DNA of 64,000 nucleotides from Candidatus Limnocylindrales bacterium (GCA_035559535.1 DATMBG010000051.1:248001-312000), one strand, 5' to 3'; positions 18,923 through 29,487 are shown, counted from the stretch's first letter. Notes: generated by a model from the sequence alone, not told the origin. Numbers and translations are program-made.

Positions 18923-19702
18923 ATGCAATTTCCGAGTTTCGACTTAAACGGTCGTGTTGCTCTGGTTACTGGTGGAGGTCGAGGGATAGGACGGGCGATT
19001 GCCCTGGCCCTGGCCCATGCAGGGGCCGATGTGGCTATTAGTGGACGGACTACCTCCCAACTTCAGGAGACTGCCGAAGATATCAGCAAATTGGGACGTA
19101 AATCCCTGGCCGTAACGGCAGATGTCTCAAAGCTACAGGATATCGAAAATATGGTCCATACCGTAGTCAGCGAGTTTGGGAGACTGGATATCCTGGTGAA
19201 CAATGCAGGAATTAATAAACGGGTTCCTTCTCTGGAAGTTACCGAGGAACTCTGGGATAGCATTGTCGATACCAACCTTAAGGGAACTTTCTTTTGCTGT
19301 CAGGCTGCCGGCAGAATCATGCTGAAACAGGGAAAAGGGAAAATTATTAATATCTGTTCCCTGACCAGCCAGATCGGTATGACGACCATAGCCCCTTATG
19401 GCGCCACCAAATCCGGAGTCTTGGGGCTTACCCGATCCCTGGCCGCTGAATGGGCCAGATACGGAATTAATGTAAACGCCATCGGTCCGGGCTATCATGA
19501 AACGGACTTGACCCGCCCCCTTTTGGAAAACAAAGCCTGGCTGGAAAAGCTGATGCCTCGAATTCCCATAGGACGAGTTGGAACCACCGAAGATCTCATG
19601 GGAGCCGCCGTCTTCCTTGCTTCAGATGCTTCTAATTATGTGAGTGGCGAAATTATCTATGTCGATGGCGGATTCTTATCCGGTTGGAACTGGAATTTAT
19701 AG
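18923..19702 (+). CDS. SDR oxidoreductase (gluconate 5-dehydrogenase/KduD-like)
   Basis: TGGGRGIG, NNAG, YGATK, VNAIGPG, VDGG. Confidence 0.87.
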   Translation: MQFPSFDLNGRVALVTGGGRGIGRAIALALAHAGADVAISGRTTSQLQETAEDISKLGRKSLAVTADVSKLQDIENMVHTVVSEFGRLDILVNNAGINKRVPSLEVTEELWDSIVDTNLKGTFFCCQAAGRIMLKQGKGKIINICSLTSQIGMTTIAPYGATKSGVLGLTRSLAAEWARYGINVNAIGPGYHETDLTRPLLENKAWLEKLMPRIPIGRVGTTEDLMGAAVFLASDASNYVSGEIIYVDGGFLSGWNWNL

Positions 19703-19914
19703 GCCCGGTGTGACAACCTTAATTGTTTTTCTGTAGGAAGGTCGGTAACTTCCAGGGACCCACAGGGCTAGACAGGTTATCCCTTGATAGCCTCCCAGGG
19801 AATCTCTGTGGGGGATTTAGGAGGTCTTGGAAAGGCCTCCAGAGAAAAAAACAGGTAAAGCTAAATGAACCGGGGGGGAAAGGGGGGTTCAGCAAATTAA
19901 TCTATTCTATCCTA

Positions 19915-20415
19915 TCACTTGCCGGATGGATAGGCACCCAGATAAGATTTAATAAACCGCTGAATGATTTCTTCGTTATACTCTTTCAATTTGGCCAGTT
20001 TTCCCCAGGCCGTTAAGGCAATGAGAGTATCCATCTTGGGATAAGGTGCGACAAATACCCCTTCATAGGCCTGGGCGATCTTCTCCAGTTTGGCTACCAG
20101 GTCGTCGCAATGGGTACAATTGTATTGAATAAAAATCCCTCCATGTTCCAACTCATGGACCTGGATCTCCTCAGGGACAGGGGTCTTTAAAATTTTCTGT
20201 CCCACGTGTATCTCCACGTGGGGTCCTGAGGTCGGAGGAATGGTATTATAGGGGGCATGGGCCTGACCCGGATGAATATGAACCGGTGGCATCACCGGAA
20301 CCGAAAATTCATCAGCCGGGGACTTCTCTTGTGCAAAAACCTGTAAACAAGGGAGGCTGAGCAAAAATAGACCAAACCCTATTCTATAAATCCTGTAAAG
20401 TAAATCCTTTCTCAT
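19915..20415 (-). CDS. DUF3105 family exported protein
   Basis: Signal peptide; YNTIPPTSGPH, VHELEHGGIFIQY, IALTAWG. Confidence 0.8.
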   Translation of the reverse strand: MRKDLLYRIYRIGFGLFLLSLPCLQVFAQEKSPADEFSVPVMPPVHIHPGQAHAPYNTIPPTSGPHVEIHVGQKILKTPVPEEIQVHELEHGGIFIQYNCTHCDDLVAKLEKIAQAYEGVFVAPYPKMDTLIALTAWGKLAKLKEYNEEIIQRFIKSYLGAYPSGK

Positions 20416-20677
20416 AACCTAAGAACTCCTTCTTTAAATAAACTTTTGTCGGGCGAGAACTTAAATCTCCTGGTTCCTGATCCAACAGACCCCAGAGGGT
20501 TCCTTTGAAGCTACCTAATCTCCTGAAGATACCATACGTCAACCTACATAAAATTGTCAACTTTGAGATTTACTCTTGCCTGATTTGTATAAATAAAATA
20601 ACTTATGGTTTATCTGGAGGATGAGAGGTTATACCACACCATAAACTAAAAAGTTTGAACGAAAAGGAGATCAGCCT

Positions 20678-21067
20678 ATGGGATCGGAAAGTTGGCATGA
20701 ACCCTATGAAAAAATCAGTGAGAAAACCTTAAATATGTCCAGAGCAATTAAATCTCTCATGGAAGAGTTGGAAGCCATTGATTGGTACCAACAGCGGGTC
20801 GATGTATGTACAGATGAAGAGCTAAGAAAAATTCTGGCTCATAACCGCGATGAAGAAATGGAACATGCTGCCATGGTCCTGGAGTGGATTCGACGAAATA
20901 ATCCGACTTTTGAAGGACATTTGCGGACCTATCTCTTCAGTGAAGGAGAAATTACTCAAATAGAAGCCATAGAAATGAAGAATAGTAAACCCGGACCATC
21001 TTCAGAGAACGTTCGAACTTCTATTCCTAAAACCGTCGGAAGCTTAAAGCAGAGAAAGGAGAGTTAA
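20678..21067 (+). CDS. Encapsulated ferritin (EncFtn) cargo with C-terminal targeting peptide
   Basis: EELEAIDWYQQR and HNRDEEMEH ferroxidase motifs; C-terminal KTVGSLK; AAGGAG RBS. Confidence 0.9.
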   Translation: MGSESWHEPYEKISEKTLNMSRAIKSLMEELEAIDWYQQRVDVCTDEELRKILAHNRDEEMEHAAMVLEWIRRNNPTFEGHLRTYLFSEGEITQIEAIEMKNSKPGPSSENVRTSIPKTVGSLKQRKES

Positions 21068-21072
21068 TTGTT

Positions 21073-21882
21073 ATGAAATATCTCAATCGAGAAGCTGCCC
21101 CGATTAGCTCAAAGGTTTGGGAGGAAATTGATGAACTGGTTGTTTCCACGGCGAAAAGTTTATTGGTGGGGAGAAAATTGCTAGATGTGGAAGGCCCCCT
21201 CGGGCTCGGCTTTAAAGCCCTCGTTTCGAAAACAGAGCGGATAGCAGAAGCAGGACCCCCCCTGGCGGCTAAAATTCTCTGTAGTCCTACCCTTCCTATA
21301 CCCCAGATTTACAGTTCCTTTTCTTTAAGTATCAGCATGATCGAAGCCTATGAAACTTATCATCAACCTCTAGACCTGGATGCAGCATTTCAAGCCGCTA
21401 AAAACTGTATCCTTAAAGAGGATGAGCTGGTATTTTTCGGTTATGAAAGCCTCTCCATTACAGGTATTCTTAACACACCCGGTGTCCATAAGATCCCGTT
21501 GGGGGATTGGAGTCGAGTCGGTCAGGCCATCGAAGATGTGATCCAGGCGGCCAATCAACTGGATAAAGCAGGCTATCCGGGCCCCTATGCCCTGGCTCTG
21601 GCTTCACCTCTTTATAACAGCCTGTTTCGACTGTATAAAGACAGCGATGTTCTCCAAATCGAAAATCTACGTTCTCTGGTTACAGAAGGGATTTTTAAAA
21701 CCCCTGTGCTTCAAAACAAAGGAGTACTTTTAGATACGGTTAACGGTAACCAGATTATTCTGGGTCAGGATCTGATGACCTCGTTCTCCGGATTTGGAGA
21801 GGTTTTTTATGAATTTACTATCTCTGAAAGTCTGGTTCCAAATATTGGAACTCCAGAGGCCATTTGTATTATTTCTGCCTGA
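21073..21882 (+). CDS. Family 1 encapsulin shell protein (Linocin M18-like)
   Basis: MKYLNREAAPIS..VWEEID, GRKLLDVEGPLG, EDELVFFG, GYPGPYAL, ILGQDL; directly follows the cargo gene. Confidence 0.9.
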   Translation: MKYLNREAAPISSKVWEEIDELVVSTAKSLLVGRKLLDVEGPLGLGFKALVSKTERIAEAGPPLAAKILCSPTLPIPQIYSSFSLSISMIEAYETYHQPLDLDAAFQAAKNCILKEDELVFFGYESLSITGILNTPGVHKIPLGDWSRVGQAIEDVIQAANQLDKAGYPGPYALALASPLYNSLFRLYKDSDVLQIENLRSLVTEGIFKTPVLQNKGVLLDTVNGNQIILGQDLMTSFSGFGEVFYEFTISESLVPNIGTPEAICIISA

Positions 21883-21961
21883 AGCAGGAAAGATGGGAAG
21901 GTGGGGGTATGGAAGTATGGGAGGGTAGAAGTAAGGGGGTATGGAAGTGAGGGAATGGGAG

Positions 21962-21999
21962 AAAGAAGAGGAGGACTCCTGAGTTCGTCCTCTTTTCTC
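21962..21999. terminator. Putative bidirectional terminator between encapsulin and the clostripain-like gene
   Basis: agaagaggaggact-cctg-agttcgtcctcttttct hairpin between convergent genes, preceded by an octamer repeat run. Confidence 0.4.
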
Positions 22000-22003
22000 A
22001 GGC

Positions 22004-23191
22004 TTAAATTCGAGCTCGTTTAACCTGTTGAGTCGGTACAAACTCCAGGTAAGCCCTTAGAAATTCTATCCAATTTGGGCAGGTTTCGGCAAAATCTAGC
22101 TTTTGGTAATAAGGAGTTAAGATTCTCTTATTTTCTGGGAAAAAGATTCCCACCCTTCGGGTATCGGAAGTATCCTTTGTTTTAGGCGTTTCAAAGACCA
22201 GGGTGTTTAGGCTGCTGAGAAGTCTTTCCGCCTCTTCTTTAAGATCATCTCGATTTTCTACCTTCAAAAGAGTTGCCAGATCATAAAGATCGACGTAGTT
22301 GGGATTGGAAAATACTTGAACTTCTCTCCGAACCTGGGAAAAGAATCCGTACATTTGAGACAGGTGGGTTTTAAGGATCAGAGCTAAACGATCCAATGAT
22401 CGGACCACCGGATCAAGATGACTTAGGTTCAATAAAGATAGCTCTTTTCCCGGAGATCCCTGCTGTTGCTTTACCCAGGCTCTTACCAAATCTTCAAGGG
22501 AGAGGTCTGGCTGCTTCGCCGGGATTTCGAATATTTCTCCCTGTACCCAGGGTTTTTTCCTTGCTTCCTCCCCTGAACCGATCACAACATGTACTGCTCC
22601 TTTGATCTCATTAACCCCTTCCAATAGATTTGGCAGACATCCATCCAGACCCAGGATTCCCAATCGGATTCCAGATTCCTGCAGGGCCTTTTTGAGTTCA
22701 AGGATGTCTAAGAAGTCCCGAAGGCTTGCCTGTCGATCCGTATAAACGGTTTCCATGAGCTCCTGTTGGGTCAGGATAGTCTTCGCTGTACTAAAAAAAA
22801 TAGCCCGAGCGACTGCTTCATAGGGAAAAGGAGTTCGGTACAAAGGTTTAGATTTGAACCCTTGAATATTCCAGGGATTTCCATGATTCCAGATTATCAA
22901 GATGTAATGGTCTGCGGCAGAGTACTCTTGACTCCATCTTAAAAAGTTACCCAGACTTTTCTCATCTCCTGGGGAATCTTCTTGAAGGGTTTGAATAAGA
23001 TGAATCTGTCCTTGTTGAATTCGATAGCGGCTTATCTCCTCCTCCTGTTGATGGGTTATTTCGATAAGAAGAGAAATATTTTTTTCGGTTTGAACTCTCC
23101 GGAGTTCTTCAAAAAGAGAGGGTAACCGATCTCCTTCCTTCAGGTGATTACACCCGGGGATATAAATCATGCAGGTTTGATGTATTGACAT
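22004..23191 (-). CDS. Clostripain-related (peptidase C11) protein, no signal peptide
   Basis: HYILIIWNHG (catalytic His), LGLDGCL (catalytic Cys), YVDLYDL, GIFFP, LDFA...W..FL. Confidence 0.72.
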   Translation of the reverse strand: MSIHQTCMIYIPGCNHLKEGDRLPSLFEELRRVQTEKNISLLIEITHQQEEEISRYRIQQGQIHLIQTLQEDSPGDEKSLGNFLRWSQEYSAADHYILIIWNHGNPWNIQGFKSKPLYRTPFPYEAVARAIFFSTAKTILTQQELMETVYTDRQASLRDFLDILELKKALQESGIRLGILGLDGCLPNLLEGVNEIKGAVHVVIGSGEEARKKPWVQGEIFEIPAKQPDLSLEDLVRAWVKQQQGSPGKELSLLNLSHLDPVVRSLDRLALILKTHLSQMYGFFSQVRREVQVFSNPNYVDLYDLATLLKVENRDDLKEEAERLLSSLNTLVFETPKTKDTSDTRRVGIFFPENKRILTPYYQKLDFAETCPNWIEFLRAYLEFVPTQQVKRARI

Positions 23192-23449
23192 AATTTCGTT
23201 AGAATCTTTACCGCTTCTCGATTCGTTAAAAAATAATCTATTTAATTACTCCCTCAGCTATAAAGTTGAGCAATTTCTTACCTTGTCAAGACAATACTCT
23301 TTCAGGTACCTGTATTTATCTTGCGGGTGTGGTTTTTTCTATCTTCTGGTAAATCCCCCTTTTGAAAGGAAGCAGGGAGGACGCTGAGATATCCAAGAAA
23401 CAGCAAATATGATATTATACCCATTAGATAGGGAAACATGGCCTGAATT

Positions 23450-23510
23450 GTAGAGGCAGCCCTCTGTGGCTACCCTATTTAAGGGCGATTCCATCAGGAT
23501 TGTCCTCTCT
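23450..23510. repeat. GTAG-type REP pair
   Basis: gtagaggcagccctctgtggctaccct followed by agggcgattccatcaggattgtcctct; similar to 61802-61829. Confidence 0.45.
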
Positions 23511-23619
23511 GCCTATTATGCCTATTATGTGATCTCTTTAGGAAGAATTAGTATAATTTGTCTTCTCAAGGTAAGGGAAGTATTATTTTATCTTGGAAAG
23601 GATTAAAGAATAGAGAGCC

Positions 23620-24081
23620 TTATACCCTTTTGAATCGTTGCTCTAAGGCTTGCCGTCGAAAATTGAAAATATCCCACAATTTAGGTCCTACCACCCAACG
23701 ATGGAGAAGTCGTCCAATCGGCCCCATATAAAGAGCATAATGAATAATATCCTGTATCTCGATACCGTCATCGGTTTCACGGAAAAGATGCTGATGATGC
23801 CAAAAGCGATAAGGTCCAAAACGTTGCTCATCTACGAAGAGATGGGGTTCGACCATATGAGTGATCTCTGTTACCCAGGATAAAGGGATGTTTAAAATTG
23901 GACTGATCTTATACATTATGATCAGCCCTACGTACATCTTTTCCGGTAGTTGTGAGGTAACCCTGAATCTTAACCAGGGCGGGGTGATTTGAGCTAGATT
24001 TCTGGGATCTAGGAAAAAAGTCCATGCCGTATCTATTCCAATGGGTAAGTACTGACGAAAATGCAAACGATAAAGCTTCAT
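23620..24081 (-). CDS. SRPBCC family protein
   Basis: WTFFLDPRNLAQITPP, WVTEITH, FVDEQRFGPYRFWHHQH, IFNFR; start taken at MKLYRL. Confidence 0.85.
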   Translation of the reverse strand: MKLYRLHFRQYLPIGIDTAWTFFLDPRNLAQITPPWLRFRVTSQLPEKMYVGLIIMYKISPILNIPLSWVTEITHMVEPHLFVDEQRFGPYRFWHHQHLFRETDDGIEIQDIIHYALYMGPIGRLLHRWVVGPKLWDIFNFRRQALEQRFKRV

Positions 24082-24144
24082 AGAGAGCTTAAAAGTCCTT
24101 CTCACCTTAACGTACACAATATCTGTAACTTCCCATAAAACGAA

Positions 24145-25095
24145 TTATACATGATTCCGTAGCATAAGTTCGGCGGGATAAGGATTCAGATAGGTTTGTT
24201 CTAAGACCCATGGGATAGGATGGTGCCGGAGGTGATGACGAAGCAAGGTAATGGGGACAATCAGAGGAACCAAACCTTTTCGGTAATCTTCCAGGTAGGA
24301 TATCAATTCAGCTTTATCCTGGGAATCTAAAACTTTTTTTAGAAACCCCAGCAGGTGGTAGAGCACATCGACATGTTTTTTGGTTGTTACTTTAACTTTG
24401 AGGGCAGTCATAAACAGCTCTCCGTACTCCCGTAAAAGATCCTGCATGGGGATTTTTCCAGTCTGGGCTACCAGACGACCCAGTTTTTGGTAATACTCCC
24501 GGCTATGGGAAAGCAGGGTCAATTTATGTTGGGTATGAAAACGTATCAAATCTTTGGGTTCTGGGTTTATCCTGAGTAATTCAGTCCATCGATAATAAGA
24601 AAAAACCCGTTCGATGAAGTTTTCTCGCAAGCGCAGATCCTGCAAGCGGCCTTCTTCTTCAATGGGTAGTAGAGGAAATCGCCGAATCAGCGCCTCGGCA
24701 AAAAGTCCTCGCCCTTTTCTCTGAGGAGCTCCCTTTTCTCCGTAAACACGAACCCGCTCCATTCCACAGGAAGGAGAGTCCTTCTTCAGGATATATCCGT
24801 GGAGATTTAGTTGAGCGAGTTCTTCTAAACGCTTTTCAGCAAAGCAGGCCATGATTTCCGTCAAATCGGTTTTTGAGTGGGGTGCAATGAGATGGGGAGT
24901 AGATAAAGTGTCAACCAGTCGTAGACTTTCTCGGGGAGTACCCAATCCCATCTCGATCTCCGGACAAACCGGAATCCACTGGAAAAACTTTCCAAGCGTC
25001 TCGGTAATAAAAGGATCTTTCTTGTGACCGCCATCAAAACGAACTCTTGCTCCTAATAAACAACTGCTGATGCCTATACGAATAGCCGGTATCAT
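24145..25095 (-). CDS. DUF523/DUF1722 (YbgA; 2-thiouracil desulfurase-like) protein
   Basis: IGISSCLLG..VRFDGGHK, VCPE..GLGTPRE, SPSCG, EEEGRL, YLNPYP. Confidence 0.88.
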   Translation of the reverse strand: MIPAIRIGISSCLLGARVRFDGGHKKDPFITETLGKFFQWIPVCPEIEMGLGTPRESLRLVDTLSTPHLIAPHSKTDLTEIMACFAEKRLEELAQLNLHGYILKKDSPSCGMERVRVYGEKGAPQRKGRGLFAEALIRRFPLLPIEEEGRLQDLRLRENFIERVFSYYRWTELLRINPEPKDLIRFHTQHKLTLLSHSREYYQKLGRLVAQTGKIPMQDLLREYGELFMTALKVKVTTKKHVDVLYHLLGFLKKVLDSQDKAELISYLEDYRKGLVPLIVPITLLRHHLRHHPIPWVLEQTYLNPYPAELMLRNHV

Positions 25096-25498
25096 ACTGC
25101 AAAACACTCAGGGTGCTTTGGGTTGTCCCATGACCGGAAAGTAGAGAAACTTGAAACCCTTGTGGGAAATACTTTCCTTACTTTTCTTTAATGATCTGGA
25201 ATAAAGGGTTTTATCTCTACACACCCACAGACGATGAGAATTTCATATGGATAGATTGAACGTTTTTAGAAAAAAGAATTAATTTATTAATGTAGTTTTT
25301 ACTCTGACCATTAGAATAGCAGCATCCTATTGAGAAGTCAAGGTGTTTGGTTTTTGTAAAAATGGGTTTAATTTAGCCACAGAGCCTACCGAAGATCCGG
25401 GGATTAAAAGAGAAGTTCTTCCCAATGGAATCTTCGGGTTTAGGGCAGGCTGTGGGGTTTTAGGATGTAACCTATCGTGTTGATATTCTATGTAGCCT

Positions 25499-26431
25499 AT
25501 GGGAACAGGCAAAATAAAGAAGAGGTTCAAGCAATTTTTAACCTTAGGTTTTCTAATTTATCTTTTTTCTCCCCCTGTAGCTTATAGTAAACTTCAAGAC
25601 TTTCCGTATGGAAACTCTGGAAAAAATTTCAATCAGCAGGTGGTTATTAACATTCCGGCCTATCGGCTGGTTCTTTATACACCAGATGGGGGCGATTCCT
25701 GGCGAACCTTAACCATTCCTATTGGAGTTGGAAGGGGAACGGAATTTTCTAACCAGACTCCAACCGGGGAGGGATATCTTTACGCCAAGGCAACCGGGGT
25801 TGTGTTTCGGTATGGGGATCAAAATCCGGAAGACCTGGTTGGAAAGGTAATTGAGTACTCCTACACCTTTGATAAAAAAACCCTCAAACCCATCAAGATT
25901 CCCATGCCGAAGGATATGAAGTCGATATTCATGTCCATTCTCAGTGATGAAACCCAGGAAGTCTATGAGCAGTTTGTACTTCATCAGACAACTGATTGGT
26001 ATACTGTCGGAGCTCCCAGTTCTAATGGTTGTATTCGAATCGATACGGAAGACATGCAGATTTTATATGATTACCTGGCCCCTGAGATCAGATCTGGCAG
26101 ATTCCCTCGTGCTGTGCCTATTTCGATTCGTTATGAAATTGTTGAGTATAACGAGCCGCGGGAAGAGCTGGTCCTTCATGCGAACATTTACCATAAACCT
26201 TTGGATTATTTTGACGAGGTTTTAAAAATTTTGCAACAGCAACGTATTGATTTAAGGAGGATAGACTTCTCTCGGCTGAAATGGTACATTGACACTGCAG
26301 AAGCTCAATTTCAGTCAATCGAACAATACATTCGAAAAAAATTAAGTCGACCTCCTGCTAAACGGCTTCTCTTAGATAAAGAGAAAGAACAGCTCCATTA
26401 TTCTATTTTCCTGGAAGAAATCTTGAGATAA
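25499..26431 (+). CDS. L,D-transpeptidase (YkuD) family protein
   Basis: Signal peptide; VINIPAYRL, IGVGR..QTPTG, LHQT...SSNGCIR. Confidence 0.72.
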   Translation: MGTGKIKKRFKQFLTLGFLIYLFSPPVAYSKLQDFPYGNSGKNFNQQVVINIPAYRLVLYTPDGGDSWRTLTIPIGVGRGTEFSNQTPTGEGYLYAKATGVVFRYGDQNPEDLVGKVIEYSYTFDKKTLKPIKIPMPKDMKSIFMSILSDETQEVYEQFVLHQTTDWYTVGAPSSNGCIRIDTEDMQILYDYLAPEIRSGRFPRAVPISIRYEIVEYNEPREELVLHANIYHKPLDYFDEVLKILQQQRIDLRRIDFSRLKWYIDTAEAQFQSIEQYIRKKLSRPPAKRLLLDKEKEQLHYSIFLEEILR

Positions 26432-26522
26432 GACCTAAAACCTAAAAGGTAAAAATTAAATTTTAAATTTGAGGTAGGTTTAGCTCTTTACGTTTTAGGT
26501 TTTAGGTTTTATGTTTTAGGAT

Positions 26523-27851
26523 ATGAATGACGACGATACAATATCTGCTAACGATCCCGAAAAGAGTTATAAAATCGAAGAAAAAGAACCTCCCCGTACC
26601 TTACCCGGGCCTAATGGAAATTTAAACTATCCGATTTCGCAACCCCCCATCAAACGGAAGATTTCTTTTACGAAAAATATTAAACGCAGGGTCCTTTATG
26701 GGCTTATCCTCGTTTTACTCGTTATAGGGGTGGCTTATGGGGTTAAACTTTATCACTTTTACTTAAATCATGAAACCACCGATAACGCCCAGGTAGAAGG
26801 TCGGATTATCACCATCAGTCCCAGGACTGCCGGGGTTGTAGAGAAAGTTTTGGTAGATGTAAACCAGCGTGTAAAAGCAGATCAATTGCTTGTACAATTG
26901 AATACCAGGCCTTTAGCTATTGAAGTAGAACAAGCGAAGGCAGCCGTTGAGGTCATCAAAGCCAAGTTAGCGTCTGCGCGCCTGTCGGTGCCCCTCGAGC
27001 AAAATCGGACAGATGCAAAAATCACAGAGGCCAGAGCACAAGCAGAAGCCATGAGAAAAAGTCTTGCAACGGCTCAAGCGGAGTTAACCCGTATAGAGAA
27101 GGAAACCCTCGGGTATAAAGCTCAAATGGAAAAGGCGGAACTGGATCGAAGGCGGTTAGAGCAACTCCACGCGAAAGGAGTCATTCCTCAGCAACAGCTC
27201 GATGCAGCGATCTCAGACTACAATGTGGCTCGGTCTAATTATGAAGCCTCCCTGGCTTCTCAACGGGTCGCCGCGGCAAAGATTGAGTCTCTTAAAAACC
27301 AGATTAAACAGACCGAAGCCCAGATAGTCTTGGCTCAAACGGGTCATACCGAGACGGAAATGAAAGGTCAGGAAGCTAAATCTCTGGAGGCCGAGCTGGC
27401 CCAGGCCGAGGCGAATCTGGACGCAGCCCTGCTCAGACTCTCCTATACCGAAATTAGAGCCCCGGTAGATGGAATTATTGGGAAGAGATCGGTGGAAGTC
27501 GGAGAAAGGGTCAATGTAGGTCAGCCTTTAATGGCCCTTATTCCCGATGAGGTCTGGATTGTTGCAAATTTGAAGGAAACTCAACTGGAGTATGTCCGTG
27601 TCGGTCAACCGGTGGAATTTACAGTGGATGCCTATCCAGGAAAGGTATTTAAGGGAAAGGTAGAAAGTATCAGCCCTGCAACCGGTGCGAAATTTTCCCT
27701 TTTACCTCCCGATAATGCCACCGGTAACTTTACCAAGGTTGTTCAACGGGTCCCTGTGCGAATTACCATCGAGGGAGACCCTGAGTATCCCATCCGACCT
27801 GGGATGTCTGTGTTTGTAACCATTGATATCAGTAGTGCCCGTGCAAAGTAA
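26523..27851 (+). CDS. emrA: EmrA/HlyD family membrane fusion protein
   Basis: TDNAQV, IRAPVDG, ANLKETQL, FSLLPPDNATGNFTKVVQRVPVRI. Confidence 0.9.
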   Translation: MNDDDTISANDPEKSYKIEEKEPPRTLPGPNGNLNYPISQPPIKRKISFTKNIKRRVLYGLILVLLVIGVAYGVKLYHFYLNHETTDNAQVEGRIITISPRTAGVVEKVLVDVNQRVKADQLLVQLNTRPLAIEVEQAKAAVEVIKAKLASARLSVPLEQNRTDAKITEARAQAEAMRKSLATAQAELTRIEKETLGYKAQMEKAELDRRRLEQLHAKGVIPQQQLDAAISDYNVARSNYEASLASQRVAAAKIESLKNQIKQTEAQIVLAQTGHTETEMKGQEAKSLEAELAQAEANLDAALLRLSYTEIRAPVDGIIGKRSVEVGERVNVGQPLMALIPDEVWIVANLKETQLEYVRVGQPVEFTVDAYPGKVFKGKVESISPATGAKFSLLPPDNATGNFTKVVQRVPVRITIEGDPEYPIRPGMSVFVTIDISSARAK

Positions 27852-27932
27852 ACAGGCAAAAGGCGAAAGGGCAAATGAAATCTTTCTTTTACCTTTCGCC
27901 TTTTGCCTTTTGATTTTTACCTTTTGTCTTCT

Positions 27933-29474
27933 GTGAAACCTCAGCACAAATGGATTATCATCTTGATAGCCGTTCTGGGAACCCTTCTCCAGGCTATCGA
28001 TGTGAGCATCGTAAACGTAGCATTACCCCATATGATGGGTAATCTGGGGGCGACGCTGGACGAAATCAACTGGGTGGTTACAGGTTATATTATCGCCAAT
28101 GTCATTGTTCTTCCTTTAACAGGCTGGTTTACGGCCTGGTTAGGACGAAAAAGATTTTTAGCATTATCTATCGGAATCTTTACCGTCGCCTCTTTTTTTT
28201 GTGGAATTGCCTGGAGCGTCGAAACCCTTGTTTTCTTTCGAATCATTCAGGGAATGGGAGGAGGGGCCCTTATCCCAAGCTCCCAATCCCTCCTCATGGA
28301 AACCTTTCCCCCTAAAGAACAGGGAGGGGCCATGGCGGCTTTTGGAGTAGGCACCATGGTCGGTCCCACGTTGGGACCGACCTTAGGAGGTTGGATTACC
28401 GATAATTATAATTGGCCCTGGATCTTTTATATCAACATCCCCGTCGGGGGCCTTGCCTTACTGCTGGCCTATTTCTTTCTACAAGATTCTACCCACTCTA
28501 AAAACCCAGCCCCCCAGGTAGACTACCTGGGGATCATCTTACTGGCTATAGGCGTTGGATGTATGCAGGTGATCCTGGAGCTTGGGGAACGGAAAGACTG
28601 GTTCGAATCCAATGGAATTAAAACACTCAGTCTTTTAACCGGGCTGGCTTTAATCAGCTTCGTCTGGTGGGAGCTCCGAATTGATCATCCTGCGGTCAAC
28701 TTGAAGGTTTTGACTAACCGTTCTCTTTGGGTCGGTACTGTGATCGCTACCTTTTTAGGAGTCGGACTCATGGGACCTACCTTTCTACTTCCAGTTTTTT
28801 TACAAACCCTGTTAAATTACACGGCCTGGCAGACCGGAAAGGCGATCCTCCTCAGTTCCATTTCTACCGCCATTGCTATGTTTATTTCGGGTAAACTGAT
28901 GACCAGAATTTCCCCTCAATACGTCATTGCTATGGGAATAGGTGCTTTTAGCCTGGGTCTCTACAAAATGTCCCAGTTTACGCTGGAAATTGGGACCTCC
29001 GATCTGGTCGTTCCTCAGATCCTACGAGGAATTGGAATCGGCTTTATGTTTGTTCCCCTGAGTATAGCAGCCCTCAGTACCCTGGAAAAAAAAGACATGG
29101 CCAGTGCCTCCGGCATTTACACCTTCATGCGCCAGACCGGTGGGAGTTTCGGTATCGCGATTCTCGTCACCTTTCTCAAACAAAGGGAAATTTTTCACCG
29201 ATCCATTCTGAGTGAATACCTCCATCCTCTAAATCCTTTAACCACCCAACGATTGCAAATACTGGAACAGGGACTTCTGGCCAAAGGCATTAATCCAGAA
29301 TCCTCGAGTAAGATCGCTTTGAACCTCTTAGATCATACCGTAACCCGACAGGCTTTACTTCTCTCCTTTCGAGACGCTTTTCTGCTCATCGCAGTTCTGA
29401 TCATAATCACCTTTCCTTTCCTTTTTCTCCTGCGACGAAAGAAAAGCTCCGTTCAGATTGTCCTGGGAGATTAA
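27933..29474 (+). CDS. emrB: DHA2/EmrB family MFS efflux permease
   Basis: DVSIVNVALP, WVVTGY, GPTLGGWITDNYNWPWIFYINIPVG, about 14 TMs; start taken at GTG 27933. Confidence 0.9.
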   Translation: MKPQHKWIIILIAVLGTLLQAIDVSIVNVALPHMMGNLGATLDEINWVVTGYIIANVIVLPLTGWFTAWLGRKRFLALSIGIFTVASFFCGIAWSVETLVFFRIIQGMGGGALIPSSQSLLMETFPPKEQGGAMAAFGVGTMVGPTLGPTLGGWITDNYNWPWIFYINIPVGGLALLLAYFFLQDSTHSKNPAPQVDYLGIILLAIGVGCMQVILELGERKDWFESNGIKTLSLLTGLALISFVWWELRIDHPAVNLKVLTNRSLWVGTVIATFLGVGLMGPTFLLPVFLQTLLNYTAWQTGKAILLSSISTAIAMFISGKLMTRISPQYVIAMGIGAFSLGLYKMSQFTLEIGTSDLVVPQILRGIGIGFMFVPLSIAALSTLEKKDMASASGIYTFMRQTGGSFGIAILVTFLKQREIFHRSILSEYLHPLNPLTTQRLQILEQGLLAKGINPESSSKIALNLLDHTVTRQALLLSFRDAFLLIAVLIIITFPFLFLLRRKKSSVQIVLGD

Positions 29475-29487
29475 AAGTACCCTGTCT

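Noticed and set aside
19703-19886. Weak inverted-repeat element and 97-aa ORF between the SDR and DUF3105 genes
   Set aside because: The arms are poorly matched, there is no second copy in the window, and the ORF has no recognisable features.
23620-25330. Light-responsive (CarH/LitR-photolyase) cluster suggested by DUF523/DUF1722 plus SRPBCC
   Set aside because: No photolyase or regulator gene is in the window, and I could not find convincing 11-bp operator repeats.
25975-26040. YkuD motif SNGC instead of SHGC as a sign of inactivity
   Set aside because: The catalytic His (LHQT) and Cys are present, and this substitution is a common variant.
28596-28612. GGTTCGAATCC T-loop-like motif suggesting a tRNA
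   Set aside because: It lies in frame within emrB (DWFES) and no cloverleaf can be formed around it.
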